64,000 nucleotides of DNA from an uncultured Acidobacteriota bacterium (GCA_963847075.1 CAWJYL010000001.1:320682-384681), one strand, 5' to 3'; counted from the stretch's first letter, positions 45,479 to 54,908 are shown. Numbers and translations are program-made. Notes: a model not told the origin generated them from the letters alone.

Positions 45479-45738
45479 CAGGCGGTTTTCTTCTGGTCGA
45501 TGAAATCGCAGAGAGCATTGACGGAGGCAAACGCCTTGACGCCGACCTCCTCGTCGTCCACCTTGATCTGGAACTCCTGCTCGAGACCCAGGACCAGCTC
45601 GAGAGCGTCGATCGAGTCGAGGCCCAGGCCCTCTCCGAACAGGGGTGCCGCGTCGTCGATCGTCTTCGGGTCGATTTCGAGCTTCAGGCGCCGCACGATC
45701 AGATCCTTGACCCGCAGCGCCAGTTCTTCCCGGGACAT
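45478..45738 (-). CDS. acpP: Acyl carrier protein
   Basis: Start at MSREELALRVKDL (ATG 45738) with AAGGAG RBS. Phosphopantetheine attachment motif GLGLDSIDALELV. 86 aa. Confidence 0.85.
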   Translation of the reverse strand: MSREELALRVKDLIVRRLKLEIDPKTIDDAAPLFGEGLGLDSIDALELVLGLEQEFQIKVDDEEVGVKAFASVNALCDFIDQKKTA

Positions 45739-45776
45739 TCCGCTCTCCTTCACGCGGCGATTATAGCCGCGCTTGC

Positions 45777-46505
45777 TCATGCCATTCCCCCATCGGCCCG
45801 CCAGACCTGGCCCGTCACGTAGGACGCCTTGTCCGAGGCGAGGAACCCGACGACGGCGGCGATCTCCTCGGGCGCCCCAAATCGAGCCATGGGTATCCGC
45901 CCGAGGAACTCGCGGCGGGCGTCGTCTTTCAGGTGCGCAATAATTTCGGTCTCGACGAGGCCGGGCGCGACCGCGTTGACGGTGATCGCACGCGGTGCGA
46001 GCTCGAGGGCGAGCGCTTTCGTGAAGGCGATCAGCCCTCCCTTTGCGGCCGAGTAATTCGCCTGGCCCGCATGGCCCGAGATCCCGCTGACCGAGACGAC
46101 GTTGATGATCCGACCCGACTTCTTGTGGAGCATTCCCCGAATGAGCGCCTTCGTCACCCGAAACGCGCCCTTCAGGTCCACGTCCATCACGTAGTCCCAG
46201 TCCTCCTCCTTCATGAAGGGAAAGAGCGCGTCCTTGATGACGCCGGCGTTGTTGACCAGGATGTCCGCGCCGCCGAAGTCCGCGCCGACGCGTTCGGAGA
46301 GGGCCCGGACCTGTTCCGGCTCCCGGACGTCCATCGCGAGAGCCACGGCGGCTCCGCCCGTACCTTTGATCTCCCGGACCGTCGCCTCGGCGCGGGCGAG
46401 ATCGGTTCGGCAGGTCAGCACGACCTGCGCCCCGGCCGCTGCGAGCTCGAGGGAGATCGCCCGCCCGATTCCGCGGGAGCCGCCGGTGACGACCGCCGTT
46501 TTCAT
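45777..46505 (-). CDS. fabG: 3-oxoacyl-ACP reductase (SDR)
   Basis: Start at MKTAVVTGGSRGIGRAI. NNAG, and the YSAAK catalytic tetrad. 242 aa. The upstream part of the track ORF was rejected. Confidence 0.85.
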   Translation of the reverse strand: MKTAVVTGGSRGIGRAISLELAAAGAQVVLTCRTDLARAEATVREIKGTGGAAVALAMDVREPEQVRALSERVGADFGGADILVNNAGVIKDALFPFMKEEDWDYVMDVDLKGAFRVTKALIRGMLHKKSGRIINVVSVSGISGHAGQANYSAAKGGLIAFTKALALELAPRAITVNAVAPGLVETEIIAHLKDDARREFLGRIPMARFGAPEEIAAVVGFLASDKASYVTGQVWRADGGMA

Positions 46506-47434
46506 CCTGCCCGCACTATATCCACGGCGGCGCGAATTCCCGGCAAGGTGCCCGCGGGATGACAGCGCGTCGTTCGGTCGATCCAGCGCACCATCTTCGA
46601 CAGCATGTCGCCCGGACCGACCTCGAGAAAGAGCCGCCGGCCGTCGGATGTCATCGACTCGAAGGTGTCCTTCCAAAGAGTCGGAAAGCAGAAAGCCGTG
46701 GCGAGAAGCCGCCGGATCTCCTCCCCGCGCGTCACCGCCCTGCCCTCGGGACCGTAGTACGGGACCTCCGGGTCGCGGATGCTCCCGAGACCCGCCACGA
46801 GCGGGCCGATCGCCTCGGCGACAGGCCGCATCAGCTCGCTGTGGATTGGCCAGCTCATCGCGAGCGGCAGGACCGACAGCGCTCGCGGCCGCAACTCGTC
46901 GCAGGCCGCCTCGACCCCCTCGGTCGTTCCCGTGAGGACGAACTGCGTCGATGCATTCACGTTGCCGATCCAGACGGGAAGACCCCGGCCCCGAAGGCGC
47001 TCACACGATCCCTCGACGGCGTCGCGCCGGGCGCCGATGATGGCAGCCATCGAGCCCCGAATCCCCCTGCTCTCGGTCTCGCGCCAGACCGCCACCAGGA
47101 CGTCGAGGGCCTCCTCGTAGGAGACCGCCCCGGCGGCGACCATCGCCGCGTAGTTGCCGAGGCTGTAACCGGCGGTGCAGTCCGGCCGGACGCCCTGCCC
47201 GACGAGCGCCCGGCAGGCGAGCGTCGACACGAGGTACACGCCGGCCTGGGCAGCGAGATTCTCGTGCAGCGCATCCTCCGGGCCAACCGCCAGGATTCGG
47301 CCGAGGTCGCGGCCGCAGCGCTTCGCCGTGAGGGCGGCGAGCGCACGGGCCGCCGGGTCCTCCTCGAGGAAGTCCAGGCCCATGCCGATCCACTCGGACA
47401 GCTGGCCCGGGAAGAGGAATGCCGCGCCGCTCAT
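46502..47434 (-). CDS. fabD: Malonyl-CoA:ACP transacylase
   Basis: Start at MSGAAFLFPGQLSEWIGMG. Active site GYSLGNYAA (GHSLGE-type). 310 aa. 4-nt overlaps with both flanking genes. Confidence 0.85.
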   Translation of the reverse strand: MSGAAFLFPGQLSEWIGMGLDFLEEDPAARALAALTAKRCGRDLGRILAVGPEDALHENLAAQAGVYLVSTLACRALVGQGVRPDCTAGYSLGNYAAMVAAGAVSYEEALDVLVAVWRETESRGIRGSMAAIIGARRDAVEGSCERLRGRGLPVWIGNVNASTQFVLTGTTEGVEAACDELRPRALSVLPLAMSWPIHSELMRPVAEAIGPLVAGLGSIRDPEVPYYGPEGRAVTRGEEIRRLLATAFCFPTLWKDTFESMTSDGRRLFLEVGPGDMLSKMVRWIDRTTRCHPAGTLPGIRAAVDIVRAG

Positions 47435-48306
47435 GCCGGGACGAGCGTGGAAAGAACATCGCCCAGAGCGACCGTACGGTCCCGGGCGAGCCAGCGCGAG
47501 AAGCGCGCCGGCAGATCCGCGCGCCCGAGAAAGTGAACGAGCCGGGTGATCGCCGGAAGTCCGTCCATCGGGGGGTGCTCGGGATCGAACTCCCAGGGGT
47601 GGACGGTGAATACCGCGGGCTGGCCCCGGCTGCGAAAGCCATTCTCTGCGGCCTCGACCCGCTTCTCCGACAGAATCCGGAACGGCCAGGCTCCGCCGAG
47701 CGGGAGCCGGCGCCCCCAGACGCGGCCCGTCAGGGGCGGAATCTCGACGAGCGACCATCCCCCGCACTCGATCCGGAACGGCCCGGTCGCGTTGGCCGGA
47801 TCACCGAGGGGCGGAACCGGCATCATGGACGCATCGCACGCAAAGCCCGCCGCCGCCAGCTCTGCGACCGCCCGGGAGCCCGGACCTCGAATCGACCACT
47901 CGGGCGCGCGATAGACGCCGGCTCTTGCGCCGCCCGCGTCTTCGACGCTCGTCCGGGCACGCCCGAGGTCCAGACCAAACTCTGCCGCGCTCATTTCGTC
48001 GGCGCGGGCGTGGAGATCTCCGTGGACGCCGAGCTCGTGACCGCGGCGCGCCGCGGCGCGGACGATGTGCGGATAACGCCGCGCGATCCAGCCGAGGAAG
48101 AAGATCGTCGCGCGGTGCCCGCCCGACTCGAGCGCCGCGAGAAGCAACTCCATCGTTGCCTCGAACCGGGGCGTGAACGTGTCCCAACGCCGCCAATCGG
48201 AGTAATACCCGTCGCCGCAGACGTGAAACCAGTCCTCGGCGTCGATGGTCAGGACCCGCGGCGCGCGGCCCGGCGTGCGCAGGTGCGTAATGGTCGGCTC
48301 GGGCAC
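47431..48306 (-). CDS. Polysaccharide deacetylase family protein (NodB-homology; ArnD/DUF3473-like)
   Basis: 291 aa. LTIDAEDWFHV...ATIFFLGWIARRYPHIVRAAARRGHELGVHGDLH carries the NodB motifs. Confidence 0.8.
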   Translation of the reverse strand: MPEPTITHLRTPGRAPRVLTIDAEDWFHVCGDGYYSDWRRWDTFTPRFEATMELLLAALESGGHRATIFFLGWIARRYPHIVRAAARRGHELGVHGDLHARADEMSAAEFGLDLGRARTSVEDAGGARAGVYRAPEWSIRGPGSRAVAELAAAGFACDASMMPVPPLGDPANATGPFRIECGGWSLVEIPPLTGRVWGRRLPLGGAWPFRILSEKRVEAAENGFRSRGQPAVFTVHPWEFDPEHPPMDGLPAITRLVHFLGRADLPARFSRWLARDRTVALGDVLSTLVPA

Positions 48307-48332
48307 GGCATGGGATTGTAGCGGCTGGAGTC

Positions 48333-48411
48333 GTCATCCTGGGCAACGAAGCGGCGAAGGCTTCCGGGCTCGATAAGTCCGGGATCCCTCGGGCCTGCGG
48401 CCCTCGGGATG
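48333..48411. repeat. MITE/REP-like intergenic repeat, copy 3 (short variant)
   Basis: GTCATCCTGGGCAACGAAGCGGCGAAGG...GGGATCCCTCGGGCCTGCGGCCCTCGGGATG. It shares the GTCATCC terminus and the twin CCCTCGGG core with copies 1 and 2. Confidence 0.45.
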
Positions 48412-48453
48412 TTCGAGACGGACTGACGGCTTTGCCGTCAGTCCGTCTCGAAC
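48411..48453. other. Perfect 20-bp inverted repeat (stem-loop) overlapping the stop codon of the GT2 gene
   Basis: GTTCGAGACGGACTGACGGC-TTT-GCCGTCAGTCCGTCTCGAAC. It has no U-tract on either strand. It abuts repeat copy 3. Confidence 0.6.
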
Positions 48454-49115
48454 ACCTTGTAGTAAACCGCTCCCCACGAGATTACCCAGGTGTCGCGAAA
48501 CGGCTGGTAGTGCGAGGGACCACCGTAGATCGCGCGAACGGGCACGTGGCAAAAGCGTCGGACGTGGCGAGCCGCCTTCAGCAGGATCTCGGTCTCGATG
48601 ATGTACCCGCGCGCATTCAGGCAGAGGCGACGCAGCAGCTCCGCGGCCACGACGCGATATCCCGACTGTGCATCCTCGACCTCGAGCCCGGTCATCCGGG
48701 AAAGGACCAGGCTTCCAATCTCGTTAGTGCGGAACCGATATCTCGGAATGAGCGCGGGGTCCGCCATCCTCGAGCCGATGACGAAGTCCTCCCCCGCACG
48801 GGCCCGTGCGAGCAGGACCGGCAGGTCTCGCGGGTCGTGCTGGCCGTCGGCATCCAGAAAAGCCACGTGCGTGGCATCGGAATCGAGCACCCGCGCGAGG
48901 CCGGCGCGCAGAGCCACGCCCTTTCCGCAGTTCGCCTCGAGACGCAGCACCTCCGCCCCCGCCCGCCGGGCTTCCGACCCGGTCCGGTCTTGCGAGCCGT
49001 CGTCCACCACGACGACGCGCGGCACGTGCTCGAGCAGCCCGCGCACGACATCGCCGACCGTGGCCTCCGCCGCGTAGGCAGGAACCAGGGCGCACGGACG
49101 AAAAGGGTGCGGCAC
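48438..49115 (-). CDS. Family-2 glycosyltransferase (polyprenyl-phosphate sugar transferase, DPM1/ArnC/GtrB-like)
   Basis: 225 aa. VVVVDDGSQDRT...FLDADGQHDP...VIGSR carries the GT2 D/DxD motifs. Confidence 0.8.
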   Translation of the reverse strand: MPHPFRPCALVPAYAAEATVGDVVRGLLEHVPRVVVVDDGSQDRTGSEARRAGAEVLRLEANCGKGVALRAGLARVLDSDATHVAFLDADGQHDPRDLPVLLARARAGEDFVIGSRMADPALIPRYRFRTNEIGSLVLSRMTGLEVEDAQSGYRVVAAELLRRLCLNARGYIIETEILLKAARHVRRFCHVPVRAIYGGPSHYQPFRDTWVISWGAVYYKVFETD

Positions 49116-49221
49116 CCGGGAATCCTAACGCGCCCGAATTACACGCCGGTGCGGTTAACCCTTTTCTCTCTTCGACATGCGTTGACTCGTCTCTGCCCTT
49201 GTGAAAAAGTTCACCCGCCCC

Positions 49222-49575
49222 ATGCCTGAGAGTTTCGTACCGATCCTCCTCCTGCTCGGTCTCGCCGCGGGGATGGCGGCGACGATCCTGTTTCTCAACA
49301 CCCTTTTCGCGCCGAAGCTGCGGACGCGGAAGAAGCTGGAGATCTACGAGAGCGGCGTTCCTCTGGTCGACGCCTCGCACAAGCGGGTCTCGATCCGATT
49401 TTTCGTGATTGCGATGGTCTTCATCCTGTTCGACGTGGAGATCGCGTTCATCTACCCATGGGCGCTCGTGTTTCGATCGGCCGGTTGGCCGCTCTTCGTC
49501 GAGATGCTCTCCTTCCTGGGCGTCCTCGCCGTCGGCTATGCCTACATCTGGCGGAAAGGGGCGTTTGACTGGTGA
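49222..49575 (+). CDS. nuoA: NADH-quinone oxidoreductase subunit A
   Basis: MPESFVPILLLLGLAAGMAA...EIYESGVPLVD...RFFVIAMVFILFDVEIAFIYPWA is the NuoA signature. An alternative GTG start lies at 49201. Confidence 0.85.
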   Translation: MPESFVPILLLLGLAAGMAATILFLNTLFAPKLRTRKKLEIYESGVPLVDASHKRVSIRFFVIAMVFILFDVEIAFIYPWALVFRSAGWPLFVEMLSFLGVLAVGYAYIWRKGAFDW

Positions 49576-50090
49576 GCCACACACGCTACCGGATCGAGCA
49601 GGCCGGAGACACCCGGAAGTTCCCGCCCGAGGCCGTCGCCCGGATCGAGAGGATTCTCACCCGCTATCCCACCAAACAGGCGGCCCTTCTTCCGGTCCTG
49701 TGGGTCGCGCAGGAGACCTGGGGCTGGATCTCGAAGGAGTCCTCCGAAGAGGTCGCCCGGATCCTCGACCTTCCCGTGTCGCACGTGGATGGCGTCCTGA
49801 CTTTCTACACGATGTTCAACTTGCGTCCCGTGGGCAAGCACCTCCTGCAGGTCTGCACCTCGATCTCCTGCCATCTTGCCGGAGCCGACGCTCTCGTCGC
49901 GCACTGCAGCAGGCGCCTCGGGATCGATCTCGAGGAGACGACCGGGGACGGCAAGTTCACGCTGGTCGAGGTGGAATGCATCGCCGGGTGCGACAAGGCG
50001 CCTTCGATGATGGTCAACGACCGGTACTTCGAGCCGATGGACGCGGCGAAGCTCGACCAACTCCTCGACCGGCTCGGCCGGGAGTCCTGA
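49572..50090 (+). CDS. nuoE: NADH-quinone oxidoreductase subunit E (24 kDa, 2Fe-2S)
   Basis: GTGA overlap with nuoA. Four Cys in ...CTSISCHLAG...CIAGCDKAP. 172 aa. Confidence 0.9.
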   Translation: MSHTRYRIEQAGDTRKFPPEAVARIERILTRYPTKQAALLPVLWVAQETWGWISKESSEEVARILDLPVSHVDGVLTFYTMFNLRPVGKHLLQVCTSISCHLAGADALVAHCSRRLGIDLEETTGDGKFTLVEVECIAGCDKAPSMMVNDRYFEPMDAAKLDQLLDRLGRES

Positions 50091-50091
50091 C

Positions 50092-51399
50092 GTGGAACCG
50101 ATCCTGACGAGGCGCGTCGGCAAGCCCAACTCGCGCTCGATCGACACGTATCTCGCCGACGGCGGTTACACGGCGGTCCGGAAGGTCCTGACCGGCGGGT
50201 GGACGCCCGAGCAGGTCACCGAGGAGGTCAAAAAGTCGGGCCTGCGCGGACGCGGCGGCGCCGGTTTTCCGACGGGTGTCAAGTGGGGCTTCATCCCGAA
50301 GGATGCGAAGGGAAAGCCCGTCTACCTGCTCTGCAACGCGGACGAGTCGGAGCCGGGGACGTTCAAGGACCGGCTCCTGATGGAACAGGATCCCCACCAG
50401 CTCATCGAGGCGATGGTCGTCTCCTCGTACGCGATCAAGTGCCGGACCGCATACATCTATATCCGGGGCGAGTTCTACCTCGGCGCCCGCGTTCTCGAGG
50501 ACGCCGTCGCCGAAGCGTACGCGAAGGGCTACCTCGGCGAAAACATCCTTGGCTCGGGCTACTCGCTCGACATCACGGTCCACCGCGGCGCGGGCGCCTA
50601 CATCTGCGGGGAAGAAACCGGACTGATCGAGAGCCTCGAGGGAAAGCGCGGCCAGCCGCGCATCAAACCGCCCTTCCCGGCCGTCGCGGGCGCCTTCGCC
50701 TCACCGACGATCGTCAACAACGTCGAGACGTTGTGCTGCGTGACCCACATCCTCAACAACGGCGCGGACTGGTTCGCCAAGATGGGCCGCAACGAGAAGA
50801 ACACCGGGCCGAAGCTCTACTGCATTTCCGGGCACGTCAACCGGCCCGGGGTCTATGAAGCCGAGATGGGGCTGCAACTCAAGGACCTCATTTTCGGGGA
50901 CGCGTATGCGCGCGGCATGAAGGGCGGCCGCAAGGTCAAGGCGGTCATCCCCGGCGGCGCCTCCGCGAACATGCTCACCGCGGCAGAGATCGAGGACTGC
51001 CCGCTCGACTTCGACGGCGTCGCGGCGAAGGGCTCGATGCTGGGATCGGCGGCAATCATCGTGATGAACGAGGACACCTGCATCGTCGAGGCGGCGCAAA
51101 ATCTGTCGAAGTTCTTCTCGCACGAGTCCTGCGGTCAGTGCACCCCCTGCAGGGAGGGCACACCGTGGCTCTACAAGGTCCTCACCCGGATCGAGCGGGG
51201 CGAGGGCCGCATGGAGGACATCGACCTGCTCGAACGCGTCTGCAACCAGATGGCCAACGGCATGACGATCTGCGTCTTCTCCGACGCGGCGATCGCACCG
51301 CCGCTGTCGTCGGTGAAGAAGTTCCGGCACGAGTACGAACACCACGTGCGCCAGAAACGCTGCCTGGTCGAGGCACGCTCGGCCCCGGTGATGGCATGA
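50092..51399 (+). CDS. nuoF: NADH-quinone oxidoreductase subunit F (51 kDa; FMN, NADH, 4Fe-4S)
   Basis: GRGGAGFPTGVKW, YICGEETGLIESLEG, ESCGQCTPCREG. 435 aa. Confidence 0.9.
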   Translation: MEPILTRRVGKPNSRSIDTYLADGGYTAVRKVLTGGWTPEQVTEEVKKSGLRGRGGAGFPTGVKWGFIPKDAKGKPVYLLCNADESEPGTFKDRLLMEQDPHQLIEAMVVSSYAIKCRTAYIYIRGEFYLGARVLEDAVAEAYAKGYLGENILGSGYSLDITVHRGAGAYICGEETGLIESLEGKRGQPRIKPPFPAVAGAFASPTIVNNVETLCCVTHILNNGADWFAKMGRNEKNTGPKLYCISGHVNRPGVYEAEMGLQLKDLIFGDAYARGMKGGRKVKAVIPGGASANMLTAAEIEDCPLDFDGVAAKGSMLGSAAIIVMNEDTCIVEAAQNLSKFFSHESCGQCTPCREGTPWLYKVLTRIERGEGRMEDIDLLERVCNQMANGMTICVFSDAAIAPPLSSVKKFRHEYEHHVRQKRCLVEARSAPVMA

Positions 51400-53045
51400 G
51401 CAGCCCTCCGACGACGCCGCCCAAGGACACCTTCACGGTCATCTTCGACGGCGCGCCGCACGAGGTTCCCAAGAACCTCAACCTCATCGACGCGGCGAAG
51501 CTGGCCGGCGTGGACATCCCGCACTTCTGCTACCACCCGCGCCTGTCCGTCGTCGGCCAGTGCCGCATGTGTCTCGTCGAGATCGAGGGCATTCCCAAGA
51601 TCCAGGCCGCCTGTACGGTCCCGCTGCGCGATGGCCTCTCCGTCAAGACCACGACCGACAAGGTGAAGAGCTCGCGCGCCGCCACGATGGAATTCCTTCT
51701 CATCAACCATCCGCTCGATTGCCCCATCTGCGATCAGGCTGGCGAGTGCACCCTCCAGGACAACGCGTTCGGCTACGGGAACCAGATCTCCGATTTCGAC
51801 GAGAGCAAGCGGCAGTACCCGAGCTTCGACCGCACGATGATCGGCCCCCACGTCATCGCGGACATGACGCGCTGCATCCAGTGCACGCGATGCATAAGGT
51901 TCACGCACGAGATCGCGGGCACGAGCGAGCTCACGTTCCTCGACCGGGGCGGGCGCACGCTGGTCTGGACGCACGACGGGAGACCGCTGGCCAACGACTG
52001 GTCCGGCTGCGCCGCGGATGTCTGCCCGGTGGGCGCTCTCACCGTCCGTGAGTTCCGCTTTCGCAGCCGCGTCTGGTACCTCGACAAGACGAAGTCGGTA
52101 TGCCCGGGCTGCAACGTGGGCTGCAATCTCTCGATCGAGTCCAGGGACGACGTCGTCTACCGCTTCCTCCCGCGCCTGAACCCGGAGGTGAACGACTACT
52201 GGCTCTGCGACCACGGCCGTTTTCTCGCGGAGAGCCTCAACGACCGCGACGTGCGTCGCGCCACCGTGCGCGAGGGCGACGACGTCCGCGACGTCATCGT
52301 GCCGGCGGCGATCGAACGGATCGCGCGCGAGATCCGGCAAACGATCGACGGCACCGGGCCCTCGGGCCTCTTCTTTCTCGGCTCGGCGCATCTTTCGAAC
52401 GAGGAGAACTTCGTTCTCCGCAAGCTCGCCGATCACCTCGGCTGCCCAAACCGCGACGTCGTCGTCGACAAATCTCGCCCGAGAAAGATCAAGTCGCGCA
52501 CGGCCTGGGTCGAGGGGGACGATGCCGCCCCCAATTTTCGCGGCGCGAGGGACATGGGCCTTTCGCCCGGCCGCGGAGGCTTCGGCCTCGACGCCATCCT
52601 GTCCGGAAAGGCGTCTCCCGAGGTGATCGTCGTCGCCGACGGGGCGTTCGCAGCGCTCGCGGACGAACCCGAGAAGGTCGCTGCTCTCGACCGTGCCCGG
52701 CTTCTGGCGGTGGCCGCGCGCGGCACCAACGCTCTCACGCGCTCTGCCGACGTCGTGCTTCCCGCGGCTTCGCTCTCCGAGAAGGAGGGCACCTTTACGA
52801 ACGTGCAGGGTCGCGTGCAGAGATTCGAGCGCGCCTTCCTGCCGAAGCCGCCCGCCCGCACCCACGGGGAGATCCTCCTCATGCTCGCAACGGCGCTCGG
52901 ATGGGGCGACCCCAACTGGACCCCGTCGGACATCCGGGCGCTGATCGCCGCGGAAGTCGAGGCCTACGCCAGCGTGCGAGAGGAGGAGCTCGAGGGCGGC
53001 TCGCTCCTCAAGAAGGGCGACTTCGCCTGGGCGGGAGCGCTGTGA
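51396..53045 (+). CDS. nuoG: NADH-quinone oxidoreductase subunit G (75 kDa), short form
   Basis: ATGA overlap with nuoF. N-terminal 2Fe-2S and 4Fe-4S motifs (CYHPRLSVVGQCRMCLVEI; HPLDCPICDQAGEC; CIQCTRCIRF; CPVGAL). Only 549 aa, so it lacks the long C-terminal extension. The track ORF start at 51138 was rejected. Confidence 0.85.
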   Translation: MSSPPTTPPKDTFTVIFDGAPHEVPKNLNLIDAAKLAGVDIPHFCYHPRLSVVGQCRMCLVEIEGIPKIQAACTVPLRDGLSVKTTTDKVKSSRAATMEFLLINHPLDCPICDQAGECTLQDNAFGYGNQISDFDESKRQYPSFDRTMIGPHVIADMTRCIQCTRCIRFTHEIAGTSELTFLDRGGRTLVWTHDGRPLANDWSGCAADVCPVGALTVREFRFRSRVWYLDKTKSVCPGCNVGCNLSIESRDDVVYRFLPRLNPEVNDYWLCDHGRFLAESLNDRDVRRATVREGDDVRDVIVPAAIERIAREIRQTIDGTGPSGLFFLGSAHLSNEENFVLRKLADHLGCPNRDVVVDKSRPRKIKSRTAWVEGDDAAPNFRGARDMGLSPGRGGFGLDAILSGKASPEVIVVADGAFAALADEPEKVAALDRARLLAVAARGTNALTRSADVVLPAASLSEKEGTFTNVQGRVQRFERAFLPKPPARTHGEILLMLATALGWGDPNWTPSDIRALIAAEVEAYASVREEELEGGSLLKKGDFAWAGAL

Positions 53046-54088
53046 CGTTCGTTGACTGGCTGATCCTCGTCCTGAGGGTCTGCCTTCCCGCCATGCTTCT
53101 GCCCGCGTTCGTGGTGCCCCTGACGTGGATCGAGCGGCGCGGCGCCGGCTTCATCCAGGACCGTCCCGGCCCCAATCGCGTCGGCCCCTTTGGCTTGCTG
53201 CAACCCGTGGCAGACGCGCTGAAGATGTTCACCAAGGAGCCCATCACGCCGGAAAGCGCCGACCGCCTCCTGTACCTCCTCGCGCCGGGAATCGCAATCT
53301 TCGCGGCGCTTTCGACTTTCGCCGTCATCCCGTACGGCTCGACGCTCGAGCTCGGCGGAAGGACCATCCCGCTCATCGGTGCCGACGTCTCGATCGGTCT
53401 CCTCTACGTCTTCGCGATCACGTCGCTCTCCGTCTACGCCATCGTCCTCGCCGGTTGGAGCTCGAACAGCAAGTTCTCGCTCATCGGCGGCATCCGCTCG
53501 AGCGCCCAGATCATCTCCTACGAACTCGCCATGACGACCGCCGCCGCCGGCGTCATCCTGGCCGCGAGCTCCTTCAAGTTGACCGACGTCGTCGCGGCGC
53601 AGCAGGGTACGTATCACCTGCTGCCGATCCTGCCCCGCTGGAACGTGTTCCCCCAGTTCTTCGGCTTCATCGTGTTTCTGGTCGCCGCGTTCGCGGAAAC
53701 GAATCGCCTGCCCTTCGATCTGCCCGAGGCCGAAGCCGAGCTCGTCGCCGGGTACCACACGGAGTACTCCGCAATGCGGTTTGGCGCCTTCCAGATGGCC
53801 GAGTACGTCAACATCATCGTCGTCTGCGCCATGATCATCACCCTGTATTTCGGCGGGTGGTCGCTGCCGGGGCTCGCGCCCCATGGCCTGGCGGGCAGCA
53901 TCCTCTCGATCGTCGTCTTCGCCGCGAAGACGCTCTTCTTCGTCTGCGTCTTTGTCTGGGTGCGCTGGACGCTGCCGCGCTTCCGGTACGACCAGCTCAT
54001 GCGGCTCGGCTGGAAGGCGCTCCTGCCGCTCGCCCTGGCGAATCTCTTGTGGATCGCGGCGCTCGAGACCTGGAGGAGCGCGACCTAG
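53042..54088 (+). CDS. nuoH: NADH-quinone oxidoreductase subunit H
   Basis: GTGA overlap with the nuoG stop. FIQDRPGPNRVGPFGLLQPVADALKMF...AETNRLPFDLPEAEAELVAGYHTEYS is the NuoH signature. 348 aa. Confidence 0.9.
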   Translation: MTFVDWLILVLRVCLPAMLLPAFVVPLTWIERRGAGFIQDRPGPNRVGPFGLLQPVADALKMFTKEPITPESADRLLYLLAPGIAIFAALSTFAVIPYGSTLELGGRTIPLIGADVSIGLLYVFAITSLSVYAIVLAGWSSNSKFSLIGGIRSSAQIISYELAMTTAAAGVILAASSFKLTDVVAAQQGTYHLLPILPRWNVFPQFFGFIVFLVAAFAETNRLPFDLPEAEAELVAGYHTEYSAMRFGAFQMAEYVNIIVVCAMIITLYFGGWSLPGLAPHGLAGSILSIVVFAAKTLFFVCVFVWVRWTLPRFRYDQLMRLGWKALLPLALANLLWIAALETWRSAT

Positions 54089-54090
54089 CC

Positions 54091-54600
54091 ATGGGACGCC
54101 TCGTGTTTGACGCGGCTGCGGCAGTCGCGATCGTCTTCGCGGGGCTGATGGTCGTCGGCCGCAACCCCGTGAAGAACGTGCTGGCGCTCGTCGTTTCGTT
54201 CTTCGGACTCGCGGCGTGCTACCTCATGCTGCTGTCGCCGTTCATCGCGGTCATCCAGGTGATCGTCTATGCGGGGGCGATCCTGGTGCTGTTCCTCTTC
54301 GTCCTGATGCTCCTGAACGTCGGGCCCGAGCGGCCGGACATGGCGAGCCGCCCGATCCAGACGATCCTCGGCAGCCTCACCATTCTCGCCTTCGCCGGCC
54401 TCCTCTTCGGCATGCTGCGGGCAAGCGCCGGGCGCGTTCCGGCAGTCCCGGTCGGCGACCCCGCGGCGCTCGGCGAACCGGCGGCGCTCGCCCGGCTCCT
54501 CTTTGGCGATTATCTCCTTCACTTCGAGGCCGTGTCCGTCCTGCTCCTGGCGGCCCTGGTCGGCGCGTTCGTCCTCGCCAAACGCGAGGACGCCTCATGA
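54091..54600 (+). CDS. nuoJ: NADH-quinone oxidoreductase subunit J
   Basis: ATG 54091 with GGAGGAG RBS. 169 aa, 5 TM. NPVKNVLALVVSFFGLAACYLML...YAGAILVLFLFVLMLLN. Confidence 0.85.
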   Translation: MGRLVFDAAAAVAIVFAGLMVVGRNPVKNVLALVVSFFGLAACYLMLLSPFIAVIQVIVYAGAILVLFLFVLMLLNVGPERPDMASRPIQTILGSLTILAFAGLLFGMLRASAGRVPAVPVGDPAALGEPAALARLLFGDYLLHFEAVSVLLLAALVGAFVLAKREDAS

Positions 54601-54908
54601 TCGGGTCCATACCCCTGTCGGACGTGCTGCTCGCGTCGGGCGCACTCTTCTGCATCGGCGTCACGGGAGCCCTCCTGCGCCGCAACGCGATCCAGATCTT
54701 CCTTTCGATCGAGTTGATGATGAATGCGGCAAACTTGGCGCTGCTCGGGTACGGAGCCGCCCTCGGAGCTCCGGAGGGCCAGATCATCGTCTTTTTCGTC
54801 ATCGCCATCGCGGCCGCCGAGGCCTCGGTGGGCCTGGCGATATTCGTGGCGCTCTTCCGGCACACGGAGACGATCGACGTGAACAAGATCAATCTCCTCA
54901 AGTGGTGA
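54597..54908 (+). CDS. nuoK: NADH-quinone oxidoreductase subunit K
   Basis: ATGA overlap. 103 aa. LFCIGVTGALLRRNAIQIFLSIELMMNAANLALL is the NuoK signature. Confidence 0.9.
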   Translation: MIGSIPLSDVLLASGALFCIGVTGALLRRNAIQIFLSIELMMNAANLALLGYGAALGAPEGQIIVFFVIAIAAAEASVGLAIFVALFRHTETIDVNKINLLKW

